The notes below the pieces were generated by a model, which made no database searches, was not told where the DNA came from, and saw nothing but the letters and a program-made list of their open reading frames with translations. Shown here in pieces: positions 1 to 11,100 of a DNA stretch of 64,000 bases. Positions within the stretch are counted from its first letter, which is position 1. Each line of letters opens with the position of its first letter. Source of the stretch: a virus (lineage: Duplodnaviria; Caudoviricetes); the IMG/VR virus record IMGVR_UViG_3300028832_000102, positions 64,015 through 128,014 of that record; one strand, 5' to 3'. Position numbers and translations under genes: made by a program.

Positions 1-993
1 AACTTAGCACTTTTGGGAGGACAGTCATGGCTTAACCAAATGAAACGTGAGCTACCCGACCTGCTGTTCCGTCTTCAAATCCTTAACCAGCCTCGTGGAA
101 CGGCCAAGGATGGCTTCTACTGTAATTTCTCGGAACTGAATACCTACGAAAGCGACGAGGTGACCGACATAGTTTTGGATAAATACAGTACCCGTATCAA
201 GGGTAAGGCACTCGACGGGCAGCGGTGGCCGACAGACTATGAAGCGCTCTCATTGGACTACAACCAGTTGCAGCACGACGGAGAGGACTGTAGTCTGGAC
301 CTCGACCTCGACTACAAGGAGCCTTTGAGGATAGCACTGGATGCCAATGCAGACATCAACTGCTTTGTTGTTGGTCAGACGCGCCTTTATCAAGGCCGTG
401 CAGCGGTGCTGGTGATGAAGGAGTTCTTTGTGCAGGACGAGATACGTTTGCGTGGGTTATCGAAGTTGTTTGCCCAGTACTACAAGCCTTTCCTGCGTCG
501 TGGCTGCGGCGAGGTCATTTTCTATGTGGCCAGCAGTATCAAGCAGGGTGCCAACAAGGCATACGCCCTGGAAGAGTCGGAGAAGAGTCGCTTCGACATC
601 GTGGTGGCCGACGAGCTGACCAGCTACGGTTTCAAGGTGACACGTGCCGAGTTCAATTCTTGGCGACAGGAACGCAAGTACCAGTTCTTGAACGACTGCT
701 TTTCTGGTGTCGAGTCACCCGCTGTCTATATCAACCGTGAGGCGGGCCGCTGCGTCTATCTACGTGCAGCACTCGAAAACGCCGCCATCGTACCCGGTAC
801 CTTCCGTAAGTACAAAGATAACGAGAAGCTGCGCTCGGAAGAGGGTGTCGGTGGTGACAAGAGAACCCGAACGACCATTACCGATGCCTTCGATGACCTG
901 ATTATCGGTGTCAAGGAGTGTGCCGAGACGCGCAAGGCTATTGGTGGCGGTCTGAAAGGCAGATTCCAAAACCTTGCCGTCATTCCCCGATAA
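1..993 (+). CDS. terL: Terminase large subunit, C-terminal nuclease part (5'-truncated by window edge)
   Basis: Frame open from base 1 (NLALLGGQSWLNQMKRELP). RNase H-like acidic motifs RIALDANADINCFVVGQ and TITDAFDDL. Lies upstream of the portal. Confidence 0.8.
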   Translation, partial: NLALLGGQSWLNQMKRELPDLLFRLQILNQPRGTAKDGFYCNFSELNTYESDEVTDIVLDKYSTRIKGKALDGQRWPTDYEALSLDYNQLQHDGEDCSLDLDLDYKEPLRIALDANADINCFVVGQTRLYQGRAAVLVMKEFFVQDEIRLRGLSKLFAQYYKPFLRRGCGEVIFYVASSIKQGANKAYALEESEKSRFDIVVADELTSYGFKVTRAEFNSWRQERKYQFLNDCFSGVESPAVYINREAGRCVYLRAALENAAIVPGTFRKYKDNEKLRSEEGVGGDKRTRTTITDAFDDLIIGVKECAETRKAIGGGLKGRFQNLAVIPR

Positions 994-1042
994 TTCCCCC
1001 GTAAAATTTTTACGGATATGTATAACTTAAAACAAAATCATT

Positions 1043-1375
1043 ATGGAAGTAACTGTTATTGACGTATTGAAACAGATGGCCATCGTCATTCCTTCAATCC
1101 TCGTGGGTACACAGACCATCACGGCAGCCATCCATGGCGCATTCAAGATTGAGAACAAGAACATCGTGCATGCCATCTCGTGGATTGTTGCCACGCTGGC
1201 AGGTCTGGGTTTTGTGGCTTTCAACGGTCTGGACTTCGGACTACCTATGGTATGGAACTATGTCATAGGAGGAATCTGTGGCCTTATTGTTGGAGGCTGC
1301 TCTAACGGCTGGTATGACTGGCCATGGGTTGAGAAGATCTTTGACGCTATCACCGCACTATTCGGAAAGAAGTAG
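1043..1375 (+). CDS. Putative holin (small membrane protein)
   Basis: 110 aa with about 3 hydrophobic segments and a basic C-terminus (GKK), in the morphogenesis region. Confidence 0.6.
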   Translation: MEVTVIDVLKQMAIVIPSILVGTQTITAAIHGAFKIENKNIVHAISWIVATLAGLGFVAFNGLDFGLPMVWNYVIGGICGLIVGGCSNGWYDWPWVEKIFDAITALFGKK

Positions 1376-1542
1376 TGATACCGTTAGATGTTATCTACAA
1401 CCAGGACTGCCTGGATGGCCTACGCCGTCTTCCAGACGGATGTGTTGACCTGTGCATCGCCGACCCGCCGTATGCCTTCAAGGCGACGACGGGTGGCAGT
1501 GCAACGTATAGAAGATTCCTGCCCTTGTCGTTTGTAGAGTAA
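1375..1542 (+). pseudogene. Remnant of an N4/N6 DNA methyltransferase (internally deleted)
   Basis: Not in the ORF track. GTG start translates to MIPLDVIYNQDCLDGLRRLPDGCVDLCIADPPYAFK (DPPY catalytic motif). Only 55 aa. Confidence 0.8.
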
Positions 1543-1555
1543 AACGTTATATTGC
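1520..1555 (+). promoter_or_regulatory. Putative phage late promoter (TGCCCTTG-N20-TAnnTT) for portal
   Basis: TGCCCTTG + 20 nt + TATATTGC, about 25 nt upstream of the portal ATG. Confidence 0.7.
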
Positions 1556-1579
1556 AGACAAAATTAAACGTTTGATTTT

Positions 1580-3529
1580 ATGGGAAATAAGAACAAGAAA
1601 TCTTCCGCACCGATACTCAGACCCAAGACCATGAGTGAGTTTCAGGCGCTGAACCAGCGGCTCAACAAGCAGGGATTTATTGCCATTGACTTCCTGAAGC
1701 AGGGAGGCGTGAAGAGTATCTCGCTGGGTGATGGCGACAAGGCAGAGAAGGGCGCACGGGAGATGCAGGACTCGATGAACTGTGGCACGTGGAGCAACGG
1801 GCCGCTGGGAATGGTGGCGTGGAGGTTTGACAGTCGTGACACGGATAGCGTTGATAAAGTGTATGACGTGGATGGTAAGACGGAACTTGGATTAGGATTC
1901 GTACACTGGGGACCCGGTAATAATATTCCCTCTGTCATTCCACCGCTGGCGCAGTCGAGTCCCTATACCGCTGCACCGCTGCGCTATATCGCCGACTTGA
2001 CATCTGGTCTTGGTCCGGCTTTGATGTATCGTTTCCCCGATGGTTCTCTAAGCGACTTCCGTACAGCGGAATACAAGCTGGTGGAGATGATTGAAAAGGC
2101 GGAGGAGAAGGAACGTCGGAAGGAGCAGGAGAATCAAGGCCAGGTGCGCACTGGAAACACAGGCAGTATCGGTGAACTCACCAAGCTGAAGAATCTTATC
2201 GGCGACTACGTGATGACCAATCTCGGACTGATGACCATACAGGATGCCGTAAGGATTAATGAGCGACAGAAAGTGAAAGGGCTGGAACCCGGAGAACAGA
2301 AACTGGAGGTAGAAGATATCCGTCCGCTATCCAAGCGTCATAACGCCGACTACTGGCTCAAGCGCCTCACAGAATGGCAACGCACATGGTATGGCAAGGA
2401 TGTGAAGGACGCCATTGGCAACGACCGTCACATCATTGGCATCAAGGAGTTCCTAGAGGAGAACAATCTGAATCTCCACCTGTCGCAGTGTATGCAGGAC
2501 GATGTGATGCTGGACATCTATTTCCCGACCATAGGTTTTGACAACAAGGGAACGCGTGGCGTCTGGGAGCCAATCATCAACTCTGTATCGTTCCTGCCTG
2601 CCCATTCCACAAGACTCGAGAAGCAGAACGAAACCCGCCATATCAACCATTGTTATTTCAGTGATCAGTGGCGTACGCTCGGACCAGGAACAGCAAAGAC
2701 CATTGCCCCTGAACAGACGAAAGTAAAGATGTTTCCTGCATGTATGCCACAGCAGTTATTGCGTGACATGCGCTACATCGTACAGTCGAACCAGAAGACG
2801 GCGGCGGGTCGCAGACCTATGTGGGTGGTATGTCCTACATTCTACCCCTCACTTAACAAGCCTTACTATCCGCAGCCGGCATGGTGGAGCGTGTTTACCA
2901 GCAAGGCTTTCGACTTCTCAGCCACTATCCTGTACGACAAGTACAAGGCACGCGAAAACTCTACCTCTTGGGGTAAGATTATCTATATCTCGCTGGACTA
3001 CCTGAATATGATCTTCGCCGACGAAGGCGTTGAGGGCGACAAGGATGCTCAGCAGAAGTTTATCGAGGATCTGGATAATAACGTGGAGCAGTTCCTGCAG
3101 CGCCGCGAGAACAACGGCAAGATGATGCGTCAGTTTATGTGGACCGACCAGAAGGGCGATGAACACTATAACGTGAAGATTGTCGATGTGGCTGAAACCA
3201 AGCAGGATGAAATCAAAGCCGGTAAGGAGGAACTGGAGCTCAGCACATCACCTATCTTCTTGGCATTACAGGTAGACCCGCGATTGGTGGGCGTGCCCAT
3301 GGTGGCAGCCTCTAACGGAGGTACGGCGCTGCGCGAAATGGCACTATTGAAGCAGCAGCAGTTGAACCCTAAACAGCGTCTTTATGAGGGTTTCCTGAAT
3401 GCTGTGCTCCGCTTCAACGGATGGGACAACGACGGATGTGCCGAGTTTCATATCAAGCAACAGACATTTACCACACTGGACAATAGTAAGACGGGTACCG
3501 TGGAGACTATTGCAGGTGAAGGGGCATAA
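1580..3529 (+). CDS. Portal protein
   Basis: 649 aa, follows terminase. Motifs WGPGNNIP, YYPQPAWWSVF and DPRLVG..ASNGGT resemble Bacteroidota phage portals. Confidence 0.75.
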   Translation: MGNKNKKSSAPILRPKTMSEFQALNQRLNKQGFIAIDFLKQGGVKSISLGDGDKAEKGAREMQDSMNCGTWSNGPLGMVAWRFDSRDTDSVDKVYDVDGKTELGLGFVHWGPGNNIPSVIPPLAQSSPYTAAPLRYIADLTSGLGPALMYRFPDGSLSDFRTAEYKLVEMIEKAEEKERRKEQENQGQVRTGNTGSIGELTKLKNLIGDYVMTNLGLMTIQDAVRINERQKVKGLEPGEQKLEVEDIRPLSKRHNADYWLKRLTEWQRTWYGKDVKDAIGNDRHIIGIKEFLEENNLNLHLSQCMQDDVMLDIYFPTIGFDNKGTRGVWEPIINSVSFLPAHSTRLEKQNETRHINHCYFSDQWRTLGPGTAKTIAPEQTKVKMFPACMPQQLLRDMRYIVQSNQKTAAGRRPMWVVCPTFYPSLNKPYYPQPAWWSVFTSKAFDFSATILYDKYKARENSTSWGKIIYISLDYLNMIFADEGVEGDKDAQQKFIEDLDNNVEQFLQRRENNGKMMRQFMWTDQKGDEHYNVKIVDVAETKQDEIKAGKEELELSTSPIFLALQVDPRLVGVPMVAASNGGTALREMALLKQQQLNPKQRLYEGFLNAVLRFNGWDNDGCAEFHIKQQTFTTLDNSKTGTVETIAGEGA

Positions 3530-3566
3530 CCAACACAAATTATTTTTTCAAAGTTTTTTTTATTCC

Positions 3567-3603
3567 AAAGGCAAGGGTGGCTGTGAAGTTATCCTTGCCT
3601 TTT
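3567..3603 (+). terminator. Rho-independent terminator after portal
   Basis: AAAGGCAAGGGTGGCT-gtga-AGTTATCCTTGCCTTT hairpin with T tract. Confidence 0.75.
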
Positions 3604-3642
3604 GTCTGAACAAATATTGCCCTTGGCTGCGCCGAGCGTGTT

Positions 3643-3678
3643 TGCCCTTGATACCACGCTTTTTATTACGTATTTTCG
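3643..3678 (+). promoter_or_regulatory. Putative late promoter (TGCCCTTG-N20-TATTTTCG)
   Basis: Same motif and spacing as five other sites; upstream of the 3697-ACP-TMP-GT run. Confidence 0.7.
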
Positions 3679-3696
3679 TATCAAAAAAAAGATAAT

Positions 3697-4227
3697 ATGT
3701 TTTTTGCACGCATATTCAGACGGAAGGAGATGAAAGCCCCGGTACGCACCCTGCGCATCGATGGTGTGAAGACCATCCTCACTCCAAAGCCCGACGATGC
3801 AGAGTTGGCAGCAACGGCTTTGTTTGAAACGATGGCGAAGACAGAGGTGAGAAGTGAGAGGTCAGAGGTGAGAGAAAAGAAACCGAAGCAAGGTACACCG
3901 GCCTACTACAAAGATCTGTCGGATAAGATACACGCTGCCCGCGAGCAAGAACGCCGCGCCGCCATGCGGTATGTAGCCTACGTGGAAACAAAAATTGAAG
4001 AATTGAAAAATTCTAAAATTGAAGAACTTCAATCCTTTGATCTTTCCATTCTTCCATCCTTAGAGCACGGCCTCTACCAGCATCAGGATGCCATTGAGCG
4101 TGAAGGCGGGGAGTTGAAGAAGCGGTGGCAGAGGTGCCTGGCGGAACTGACAGTGATGGAAATGGAATCTTTAGCAGTTAGTGCAGAGAATCAAGAAACC
4201 AATAACGAAGAAAACAAAATAAATTAG
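3697..4227 (+). CDS. Hypothetical helical protein
   Basis: 176-aa ORF behind the promoter motif; contains short tandem DNA repeats. Confidence 0.6.
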   Translation: MFFARIFRRKEMKAPVRTLRIDGVKTILTPKPDDAELAATALFETMAKTEVRSERSEVREKKPKQGTPAYYKDLSDKIHAAREQERRAAMRYVAYVETKIEELKNSKIEELQSFDLSILPSLEHGLYQHQDAIEREGGELKKRWQRCLAELTVMEMESLAVSAENQETNNEENKIN

Positions 4228-4231
4228 CGAT

Positions 4232-4513
4232 ATGACGAAGCAGGGTATTATTGAGAGAGTGAACAGCATCATGGCCGCCAAGGTGGGCATTGACCCCAAC
4301 GACATCAAGCCAGAGGATTTTTACGACGAGCTTGGTGCCGACTCTATACAGTGTATCGAGGTGTTGATGGAAATAGAGAAGGTATTTATTATCGACATTC
4401 CAAGCGACCGACTGATGCGCGTCACAACCATGCAGCACGTGTACGACCTCGTGGAGCAGGTGCTCAGCGAGGAAGAAGCATACGCTAATCAAATCTTAAA
4501 GCAGACACTGTAG
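4232..4513 (+). CDS. acpP: Acyl carrier protein
   Basis: Acidic 93-aa protein with ELGADSIQCIEVLMEIEKVFIIDIP, matching the ACP DLGADSLD phosphopantetheine-Ser motif. Confidence 0.9.
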   Translation: MTKQGIIERVNSIMAAKVGIDPNDIKPEDFYDELGADSIQCIEVLMEIEKVFIIDIPSDRLMRVTTMQHVYDLVEQVLSEEEAYANQILKQTL

Positions 4514-4516
4514 ATT

Positions 4517-5122
4517 ATGGCTTTACTCAGTGAAATACAAGAACGCTCTTGGACAAAAGACAAATACGGCGACAACGTGCTGAGATTTCAGTTCGATTGG
4601 CGCGACACACGTATCATGGCGTGGATTAACAACTTTGCCCGCATCACCCGCGAGAATACGTTAGGCGACGTGGATCGTCAGGGTATTGGCTACTACAACA
4701 AGAATCGCAAGAGGAGAAAGAAGGTGACTACGCATAAGTTACGCCGGTCGCTAAAATGGCGCACATGGGCAGCCAGTGGTGGCGATGCACAGGTGTTCGA
4801 GGCACGCTATATCTACTATGCCAAGTTCGTGGAACTGGCTGTTGGCAACAAAGAGAAGTATGACAGTCCTGTGCCGGACATCCCGCACAAGCAGTGGAAG
4901 CCTATCACCGTGCCAACACGTAGCCGCAAGGGTAAGCCACACGTGGTGACAGAGATGCGCACACAGGCCAGCAAGTTTACCGCCTTTGCGCGAGCCCAGT
5001 TCTCGTATGCCGGCACCATGTATATGCTCTACGCCATGGGCGGCAAGAAAGACCCCGTCATTGCTGAAGCTGTGAACAGAGCTTTGTTCTGGGCTTTGCG
5101 CCAGGAAAAGACAACACGATAA
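4517..5122 (+). CDS. Basic hypothetical protein, possible tail completion/neck protein
   Basis: 201 aa immediately before the tape measure; function inferred from position only. Confidence 0.45.
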   Translation: MALLSEIQERSWTKDKYGDNVLRFQFDWRDTRIMAWINNFARITRENTLGDVDRQGIGYYNKNRKRRKKVTTHKLRRSLKWRTWAASGGDAQVFEARYIYYAKFVELAVGNKEKYDSPVPDIPHKQWKPITVPTRSRKGKPHVVTEMRTQASKFTAFARAQFSYAGTMYMLYAMGGKKDPVIAEAVNRALFWALRQEKTTR

Positions 5123-5160
5123 CACCAACACACAACTAACAGACTTATTATTTCACCATT

Positions 5161-8100
5161 ATGGCAAACAGATACGACATCATCCGCATTGATTTCCAGG
5201 CCAGCGCCAAGGGAGCAAACACCGCCATTGAGAGCATCCGACAGGAGGCTGAACAGTGTAACAACAAGATTTCAGAGCTAAAGAAGAATATTGCCGAAGC
5301 TCCGAAGAACGGCACCGACGCTAAAATAGTAGAAGGCTGGAATGCTGAACTGAAGGTAATGGATAAGCGCTTCAAGCAGTTTAATACCGCCTACAAAGAG
5401 CTTATCAAGGGTATGCGTGCGCTGGACGAGGGTGTGAAGATGTTTAACGACGGATCACTGTCGCAGATGAATGCTGCGTTCCAAAAGACCGTAAACAACG
5501 CCGCCAAACTGGCACAGAGCAAACTGGAGACCGGTTCGAACGAATGGCGACAGATGGGGGCTCTGATGCAGGAGACGGAGCAGAACTATGCTCGCATGCA
5601 GCGCGACACCGACCAACTTATAGAGTCGCTGAAGAATGGCGGCACCGTGTTCCGCAAGACCTTGGACGACGAGATTAAGGGCCTGCAGGATCTGATGCGC
5701 ATTTTGCCGTATATGGGCACTGAATATCGTAAGGCCGAAGAGCAGATGAAGTTCCTTGTTAAGACCAGTGACGAACTGATTATCAAGGAGCGTCAGATGC
5801 AGGGTGAGATTGCGACTACCAACGACGCCCGTCGCGTGTCGTATCAGTTGACCAAGGAGGGAGCCGAGGCTGCCCGTCAGCGTGTCGCTGCCGCTGACGA
5901 GGAGATTGAGAAAGGCAAGCAGATTATCGCTAATCTGGAAGAGGAACAGAAGACTCGTGAGGCCAACGCTCGCGTGTCGGCTCAGGCTGCCGCCGAGTAT
6001 CGCCAGAACCAAAAGATGCACGAGGACGAGATTGAGCGTCTGGATGCAGAGATGAAGAAAGAAATGGAGCTGGCCAAATCAAAAAAGAATGGTGTTGAAG
6101 CCCTGAAAGAGAAAGCTCTTGGTCTGCAGGATGAAGCCGAAACAGAAAAGAAGAAGCAGCAGGAACTCGACGGAGTTCGCGATACCGCCAGAGAAAAGGT
6201 GGAGAAACTGCGCCAGGAATATGAAGCCCTGAAACAAAGCGTAGGCAGTGCGCCTGCAAAAGACCCCGTGAGCGAAGCCGTAAAGGCTGGCGCAGAGGAA
6301 GTCGTTGAGGTCGTAAAAAAAGAGGCTGAGGAGACCAAGAAAAAGACCACGGCCAAAAAGGAAGAAAACCAGGCTACAAAGGAAGCAACCGAGATTAAAA
6401 AGGAAGAAGTAAAGGTTGAGGAGAAGGTCGTTGAGACGCAGAAAGAGGAAAATAACACTGTAGAGCTGCTTATGGCGGCCAACGACAAGATTCAAGAGAA
6501 AATTAAAGAACTGACAGCAGAGTGTGAAAAACTTGCCGCTGCCCAAAAGGAAGGCGCTCTGGCCACCAAAGAGGAAGCTAACGCCTTTGCCGACCTAAGC
6601 AAGGAACAAGCCGAGGCTATGCTCAAACAGAAGCAGGCGCTCTCCACCTTCAAGGCCGAAGGCGGCAAAATGACTGTTACCAATCGCGAGGAAGCGCAGC
6701 AGTACCTCTTCGATGTAATTGGTGAGATAGCACCAAGCAATGTTGGAAAAACGAATCTTTCCATCCAGAACGGCAAGGAAAAGATTGGGCAACTGCTGGG
6801 CAAGTTCCGCGAGCGCTACGGTTTGAAGGATGACAACGAGTCCATGGATGCCATCAGAGAACTGATGTCTGGCGGCGGACTGATCAAGAGCGGATTCATG
6901 AATCCGCAGTTCTTAATTCTCGAGCAAAATACTGCAAAGATTGACGCATTCAATAAGTCGATCAAAGACCTGACGGCGGTTATCAACGGAGAGACAAAGG
7001 CCGTAGAGGAGAACGTAGAAAAGAAAAAGACATTAGAGGAGATTGATGCCGAGATAAATTTATTGGATAGACAGTCCGCTGAACTTAGTAAACAGACTGC
7101 CAGAATAAGAAACGGCATTTCGGACGGTACTGTTAAGGAAGTTAAAGCGAACAGCAAACTGGCCGAATCTCACAACCAGAATACAGAAGCCATCAAAAAG
7201 GAGATTGAGGCTATCAAGCAGTTGACTCGTGAACAGGTCAAGTCTCTGAGAGATGAGATGCTTACAAAATCAACTGTTGGATGGAAGGCTAACAAATTGG
7301 ATGCTTCAAACCTTGAACAGGTACAGCACTGGATCATTACAGAAGCCAGAAAACTTGGTAATATGGACGAAAACGGCGTTGTTAGCCTGAAAGGAAATAA
7401 CATTGATAAACTGATGACGGAGTTCCATAAAACATACGGTGTTAATGGTGAACCAGGAATCAGCAATGACCTTTTCAAGGAAATTATAAAAGGCGAGGGC
7501 GGCGGTTTGTTTAAAAAGGGAGGATCTCTTAAAGGAGATGACCTAAAAATAAATATTAACAATGAAGCTTACGACGCACGACTTCAGAAGTTAGAAGCAA
7601 TCTTTGAAATTACCAACAAAATAGCAAATGCTTCTAATAATTCTTCTAGAACAACGAAGGAACATACAGATGCTATTGCCGAACAGGAACAGAAGGTTAA
7701 AGACCTGAAACAAAAATGGGAAGAAGCCAAAGTTGAGTACAATAAATATAATGACGAGTACAAAAAGAAAGTCTCTGAAGCCAAAAGACTGAGCAGAGGC
7801 TCTATGGATGAGCAGGTTTTGGCGGTAGAAAAAGAAGCTAAAGCAGATACGTACAAAGAAACCTATGTAGACCCTGCAGCTAAACGGCGCGAACAATATA
7901 GAAAGCTTCACGCGTCTGCAAATGCTGTTCTGACAAGAATGCGCAATGCGCAGTCTCAGGACACCGATGAAACCCAGAAGAATACCGATGCTCAGAACCA
8001 GAATACCGAAGCTACGGAGAACAATACCAAGAGCAAAGGTCGCAAAAAGAAGGCTGCAGAGGAAACCGCCAAGGCTACCGCCGAAGAGACACAGAAGTCT

Positions 8101-11100
8101 GCAGAACTCTTAGCCAAGGAGAAAGAACTGTCTGATGCCGAGAAGGAACTGGAGACCGCACAGAAGAATGCGGAGAATCAGCAGAAGAAAACGACCAAGG
8201 CGGTCGAGGACGCCGAGGCGGCTGTAACCAAAGCTGACGAAGCAGACAAGAAGCACGTCGAGACAATGGATAAGCTGGCCGACGAGCAGCAGCAGCACAA
8301 GAAGGATCTGCAAGAACTGAACGAAGCCAACAAGGATACTATCGCCACTAACGAAAAGAATCAGCAGTTGTTGGCCGAGACCAACAACAAGATCCTGGAA
8401 CAGGGCGAGAAGATACGTGACGCCGAGCGTATCAAGGCTCAGGCAAAGACCGAGGGTATCGAAAAGACAGAAAAAGCTATCCGTCTGTTGAAAGAGGAGA
8501 ACGACCGTATCGACCAGAACAGCTTCACATGGAAGCGCAACACCATCGAGATTCAGCATCTGCAGGAAGCACTCGACGAGATGAAGGGTAAGCCCGCCCT
8601 GATGATGATGGAGCAAAGGATGAAGAACGTCGGTTCCCTCTCCAACACAGCCTTCGAGGAGACAAAGAAGTTCTGGCAGGCCATGTACGACGGTGCTGAT
8701 AAAGGCAGCGACAAACTGAAAGAGGCCGAGGAACACTTGAAGAAGATAGCAGAGGAAGAGGCAGCGAGGGTACGTGTGAAGGGTGCCGAAGCCATATCGT
8801 TCTTCAACGACAAGAACGTCTTTAGTGGGGTGGATTCAGAAGGCAATCAGATATTCAAGACCAAGGCAGAGGCGGCTAGTGCCGCTGAAACCGCTGAGCA
8901 GGTGAAGGCACTACAGGTCTACCGCGACCTGCTGCCCAAGGACACCGACGCCGCCACTATCGAGAGCATCAACAAGATACTGGAAGAACAGACGCGCATA
9001 GCCAAGGAGCTGACCGGCGAATGGATGTCCTACGACGACGCCGTGGAGCTGGCTAGCAAGGCTGGTGGCGAGGGATTCATTGCCACCACGCAGCAGATGC
9101 AGCAGGCTGTGCAGGCTATGGAACGCCAGCGCGACGAACTGATTAAGACCATTCAACTGAAGCAGAAGGACGGCAAGGCTACTGCCGATGAGCAGGCACA
9201 GCTCGAAAAGCTGGAGAAGGAGCTGAAGGACTTGAAGTTCGAGCAGGACAACTTCAACATGAGTCACGACAAAATGAAGCGCCTGTTGAAGGAACCTACC
9301 AGAGCCGACAACCTGGACGAACTGAAAGCGGCCATCAAGCGTGCCGACGGCGAGCTGCACCGCATGGGGCAGACCATGGACAAGAACAACAAGGAGTACA
9401 AGGAGTTTGCCGAGCAGGTGCGCAACGCCAAGAACATGCTGAAGGAGATGGAGGGGCAGGCCAAGGCCAGCGCCACGGCATGGGAGAAGGCATGGAGCCG
9501 CTTGAAGACCTATGTAGTGATGTACATGGGCTTTAACGCCGTATGGAAAAAGTTCATGGGCACCGCAGACGACCTGATGCAGCTCTCCGACAAGATGGGC
9601 GAGGTACGCAAGACGACGGGATTCTCTGCTGATGAAGTAGGAAGGTTGAGTGATAACCTGAAGAAACTCGACGTACGCACTCCTTTGACACAGCTCCTAG
9701 AGATTAGTGCCAAGGCCGGTCAGCTGGGTTTGAAGAGCGAGCAGGACGTGATGGGCTTCACGGAGGCTGCAAACAAGCTGATGATTGCCCTGCCTGAAAT
9801 GGGAGCCGAGGCCGCCACGGAAATGATGAAGGTGGCCATCGCAACAGGTGAGGTGAAGAAGATTCAGGATCAGCTGAACCAAGGACTGATTGAAGGCTCG
9901 TCAGCTACGGAGGTAGCTCTGGAGAAGGTAGGTTCAACCATTGACCAGTTGCGTGCCAACAGTGCCGCTGCTGCTCCGCAGATTACGGACTTTGTGAAGC
10001 GTGTTGGTGCCGTGGGTGCTCAGAGCGGCATCACGATTGATCAGGTGGCTGCACTGGGTGCTACGGTGGACGCTATCGGTCTGCGTGTAGAGATGTCGGC
10101 TACGGCTCTGTCTCGTATGATACCTGCTATCCGCAATAACGCATTTGATGTGGCCAAGGCTATCGGTATGGCACCTAACGCTCTGCGTGAGATGTTTGAC
10201 AAGGCAGGTGGCGGCATGGAGGCTATGCTGGCCATATTCCAGCATATCAAGGATGCTGGGTTGGATCCTGATTCAATTGAAAAGTTACTGGGCATGGGCG
10301 GCATGCAGGATGTAATGAAGCAGTTGAACCAACAGGGTGCCCGTGCGGGTATTGTGTTTGCCGGACTATCACAAAACGTGGACGAACTGCGCAAGAACCT
10401 GGGTGTGGCTCACGAGGCTTACGAGGACAATATCGCTATCCTGCAGGAGTATAATAAGATGAACGATACAACTGCTGCAAAATGGGATCGTTTCAAAAAC
10501 AAACTTGAAGAGTTCTTTGTGGGTGATCGCACACAGCGTTGGCTCGGCGGGCTTATTACAGGAATGCGTACTGTTCTTGATCTACTTACAGGTAGCAATG
10601 GATGGGCTGCGGCTTTTAGAACCATTGTACTGTATCTTGGCGTTGTGAAACTCAATATTGCAGGAGTCCTCTCTGGCGTAAAAAATATAAGCGTCAGCCT
10701 GAAAGGTATTGCAATGACTATAGGACTTATTGACAAAGAAACAAAAAAACTGGCATGGGGCAATATCTTTACGGCTGCTGCGGCGGCAGTACTGTGGCTA
10801 TGGGTGGAGCTAACCGACCTGAAATCTGCAGTTGATAAAGCCAACGAAGCTCTTGGAAAAACCAAGGAGGAGACAGACCGTGTAATAGATCGGTTTGAAG
10901 GATACTGGGCGAAATTAAAGAGTACCAACGAGGCTTTAGTTCAGGCTAAAGCCAGTCACGAAAAGTTGTCTGCAGAGGTTGATAAACTACGAAAGAGCAC
11001 TGATGGTTCTGCGGAATCTACGGCGAAGCTAAAGGAAAAGGAAGACGAACTTACAAAGAGCGAGGACAGCGTGACTCGCGCAAGTAACGACCATAAGTCG

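Noticed and set aside
3618-3625. Extra TGCCCTTG copy
   Set aside because: No TAnnTT box 20 nt downstream; not counted as a promoter.
4517-5160. Programmed frameshift tail-chaperone pair before the tape measure
   Set aside because: No convincing slippery heptamer or overlapping extension ORF found.
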